From: an uncultured Legionellales bacterium
Lineage (GTDB): Bacteria; Pseudomonadota; Gammaproteobacteria; Eutrophobiales; Eutrophobiaceae
Direction of reading: 5' to 3'
NCBI GenBank assembly: GCA_913041115.1
Contig: CAJWIE010000002.1
Coordinates: 1-39,232 of the forward strand
DNA length: 39,232 nucleotides
The position numbers were made by a program, and so were the translations under genes. The notes under the pieces are model-generated. The model worked only from the letters and a program-made list of their open reading frames with translations. It did not search any database and was not told the origin of the DNA. Shown piece by piece: positions 37,857 through 39,232 of the stretch. Within the stretch, counting starts at the first letter, position 1, and every line of letters starts with the position of its first letter.

Positions 37857-39206
37857 ATGCCATCAAACACTGACACTATAGTAGCAATTGCAACCCCACC
37901 AGGGAGAAGTGGTATTGGGGTAATTCGGATCTCGGGCGAGAAAAGCGCAAAAATTTATAAGTTATTAACAGGGAAAGAGCCAGAAAACCGATATGCAAGA
38001 TACACGCCGTTTAAATCATCGTCCAACAAACTTTTAGATAAAGGCATTACTCTTTTTTTTAAAGGGCCTTTGTCATATACGGGCGAAGACGTTGTCGAAT
38101 GTTATACACATGGAAACAGAATGATAATGGAAATGTTGTTGGAAGAAATTATTTTTTTAGGAGCAAGATTGGCATTGCCCGGAGAATTTACCGAAAGGTC
38201 TTTTTTGAATAATAAGATTGATCTTGTTCAAGCAGAAGCAGTTGCTGATTTAATCGACAGTAATTCAAAAAAGGCGGCTCTTAGTGCCATGCAATCATTG
38301 GAAGGGATTTTTTCAGAAAATATTTTACAACTTAAAGAAAAAACAATTGACGCAAAAGCGCTTATCGAAGCATGTTTAGATTTTCCTGACGAAGAAGATG
38401 TTAATTTTGACATTTCCCCCGCACAAAAAAACATTAAAGAGTGTTTGGGGTTGTTAGATAAAATCTTAATTAAAGCAAAAAGAGGAAGAGCGTTTGATTA
38501 TACCCCATTAATCGTTATAGCAGGCCCCACAAACGCAGGAAAATCAACGCTTATTAATTTTTTGACAGGCAGCGATGCTGCCATTACCTCTGAATTGCCA
38601 GGGACAACTCGAGATACTATAAGAGAAAAAGTTTTGCTAGCGGACCAGTTAGTAACTTTGGTTGATACCGCCGGCCTTCGTCAGACCAACGATCAACTGG
38701 AGAAAGAAGGTGTTGATAGGGCATATAAAGCAATTAAACATGCCGATCTTGTTTTATATTTAACGGACGCAACCCTGAAAACAGAAAACGTCGAAGGGGA
38801 AATAAGAAACCACTTGCCCGAGGGCACAGATTGTATTTTTGTTGAAAATAAGATAGATCTATGTAATAAAAAAATTGAAAAAAAGAATATAGAAAACAAG
38901 AGTTGTAGTGTGTCGGCTAAAACAGGAGAAGGTATTGAAGAATTAATAAATAAAATACAGCGAATCCTTGATATTTCCACAAAAGATGAAGATGTAATTT
39001 TTGCAAGACAAAGACATATTGATGCACTTAAAAATATTGGAAATCTCTTAAAAAAATCATTGTTAAGCTTGGAAAAACAAAAAGGCCTAGAAATAGTAGC
39101 CGAGTCTCTTAGAGAAAGTCTTTTAATTTTTGACGAAATTCTTGGCAAAACAACGACAGATGATATTCTTGAAAAAATATTTTCAAGGTTTTGTATTGGT
39201 AAATAA
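37857..39206 (+). CDS. mnmE: tRNA modification GTPase MnmE
   Basis: N-terminal TIVAIATPPGRSGIGVIRISG, G-domain motifs GPTNAGKST and DTAGLR, and the C-terminal CIGK tetrapeptide. Confidence 0.95.
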   Translation: MPSNTDTIVAIATPPGRSGIGVIRISGEKSAKIYKLLTGKEPENRYARYTPFKSSSNKLLDKGITLFFKGPLSYTGEDVVECYTHGNRMIMEMLLEEIIFLGARLALPGEFTERSFLNNKIDLVQAEAVADLIDSNSKKAALSAMQSLEGIFSENILQLKEKTIDAKALIEACLDFPDEEDVNFDISPAQKNIKECLGLLDKILIKAKRGRAFDYTPLIVIAGPTNAGKSTLINFLTGSDAAITSELPGTTRDTIREKVLLADQLVTLVDTAGLRQTNDQLEKEGVDRAYKAIKHADLVLYLTDATLKTENVEGEIRNHLPEGTDCIFVENKIDLCNKKIEKKNIENKSCSVSAKTGEGIEELINKIQRILDISTKDEDVIFARQRHIDALKNIGNLLKKSLLSLEKQKGLEIVAESLRESLLIFDEILGKTTTDDILEKIFSRFCIGK

Positions 39207-39232
39207 CCACGATGTTGTCAAAATTGGGATAT

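Noticed and set aside
38693-39148. 151-aa minus-strand ORF inside mnmE; similar nested antisense ORFs at 9143-9532, 14044-14373, 34170-34496, 36248-36550 and 7102-7338
   Set aside because: All are fully contained antisense to confidently identified conserved genes, are rich in S/F/L/I/R, and lack independent start context. I treat them as frame shadows.

Overview
Housekeeping-dense chromosomal window from what looks like a low-GC gammaproteobacterium (roughly one-third G+C by eye, not computed). It spans the replication-origin neighbourhood. Left to right: dut (truncated) and coaBC (-). rpmB-rpmG, a four-gene ABC-2/GldG-like/DUF4340-like module, and mutM (+). ggt-coaD-rsmD and two M16 peptidases (-), diverging from ftsY-ftsE-ftsX-rpoH (+). 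A complete aa3-type cytochrome c oxidase structural and assembly cluster (-): DUF2244-like, coxB, coxA, an unannotated 45-aa ORF, cox11, coxC, then SURF1, a CxxxC protein, heme A synthase and heme O synthase, with a small twin-TM gene on +. bioBFHCD (-). gyrB-recF-dnaN-dnaA (-), diverging from rpmH-rnpA-yidD-yidC-mnmE (+). Three genes are missing or misdrawn in the ORF track: dut runs off the edge, rpmH is 44 aa, and the 45-aa membrane ORF lies between coxA and cox11. rpmB, rpmG, dnaA and probably the GldG-like gene need shorter start calls. I recognised no tRNA, rRNA, CRISPR array, IS element, integrase, phage gene or defence-type gene. I do not see a clearly novel multi-gene system; nearly all genes are intact, syntenic core genes. 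The parts most worth a second look are: (1) the uncharacterised four-gene ABC-2 exporter module wedged into the conserved rpmBG-mutM arrangement; (2) the function-unknown members of the oxidase cluster; (3) the origin architecture around dnaA, with perfect DnaA boxes on both sides of the gene and an AT-rich 187-bp dnaA-dnaN spacer carrying a TTA trinucleotide array; (4) candidate regulatory sites, namely a sigmaE-type promoter before rpoH and a BirA-operator-like palindrome before bioB. All functional calls come from motifs read in the translations and from remembered synteny. No database search was run.
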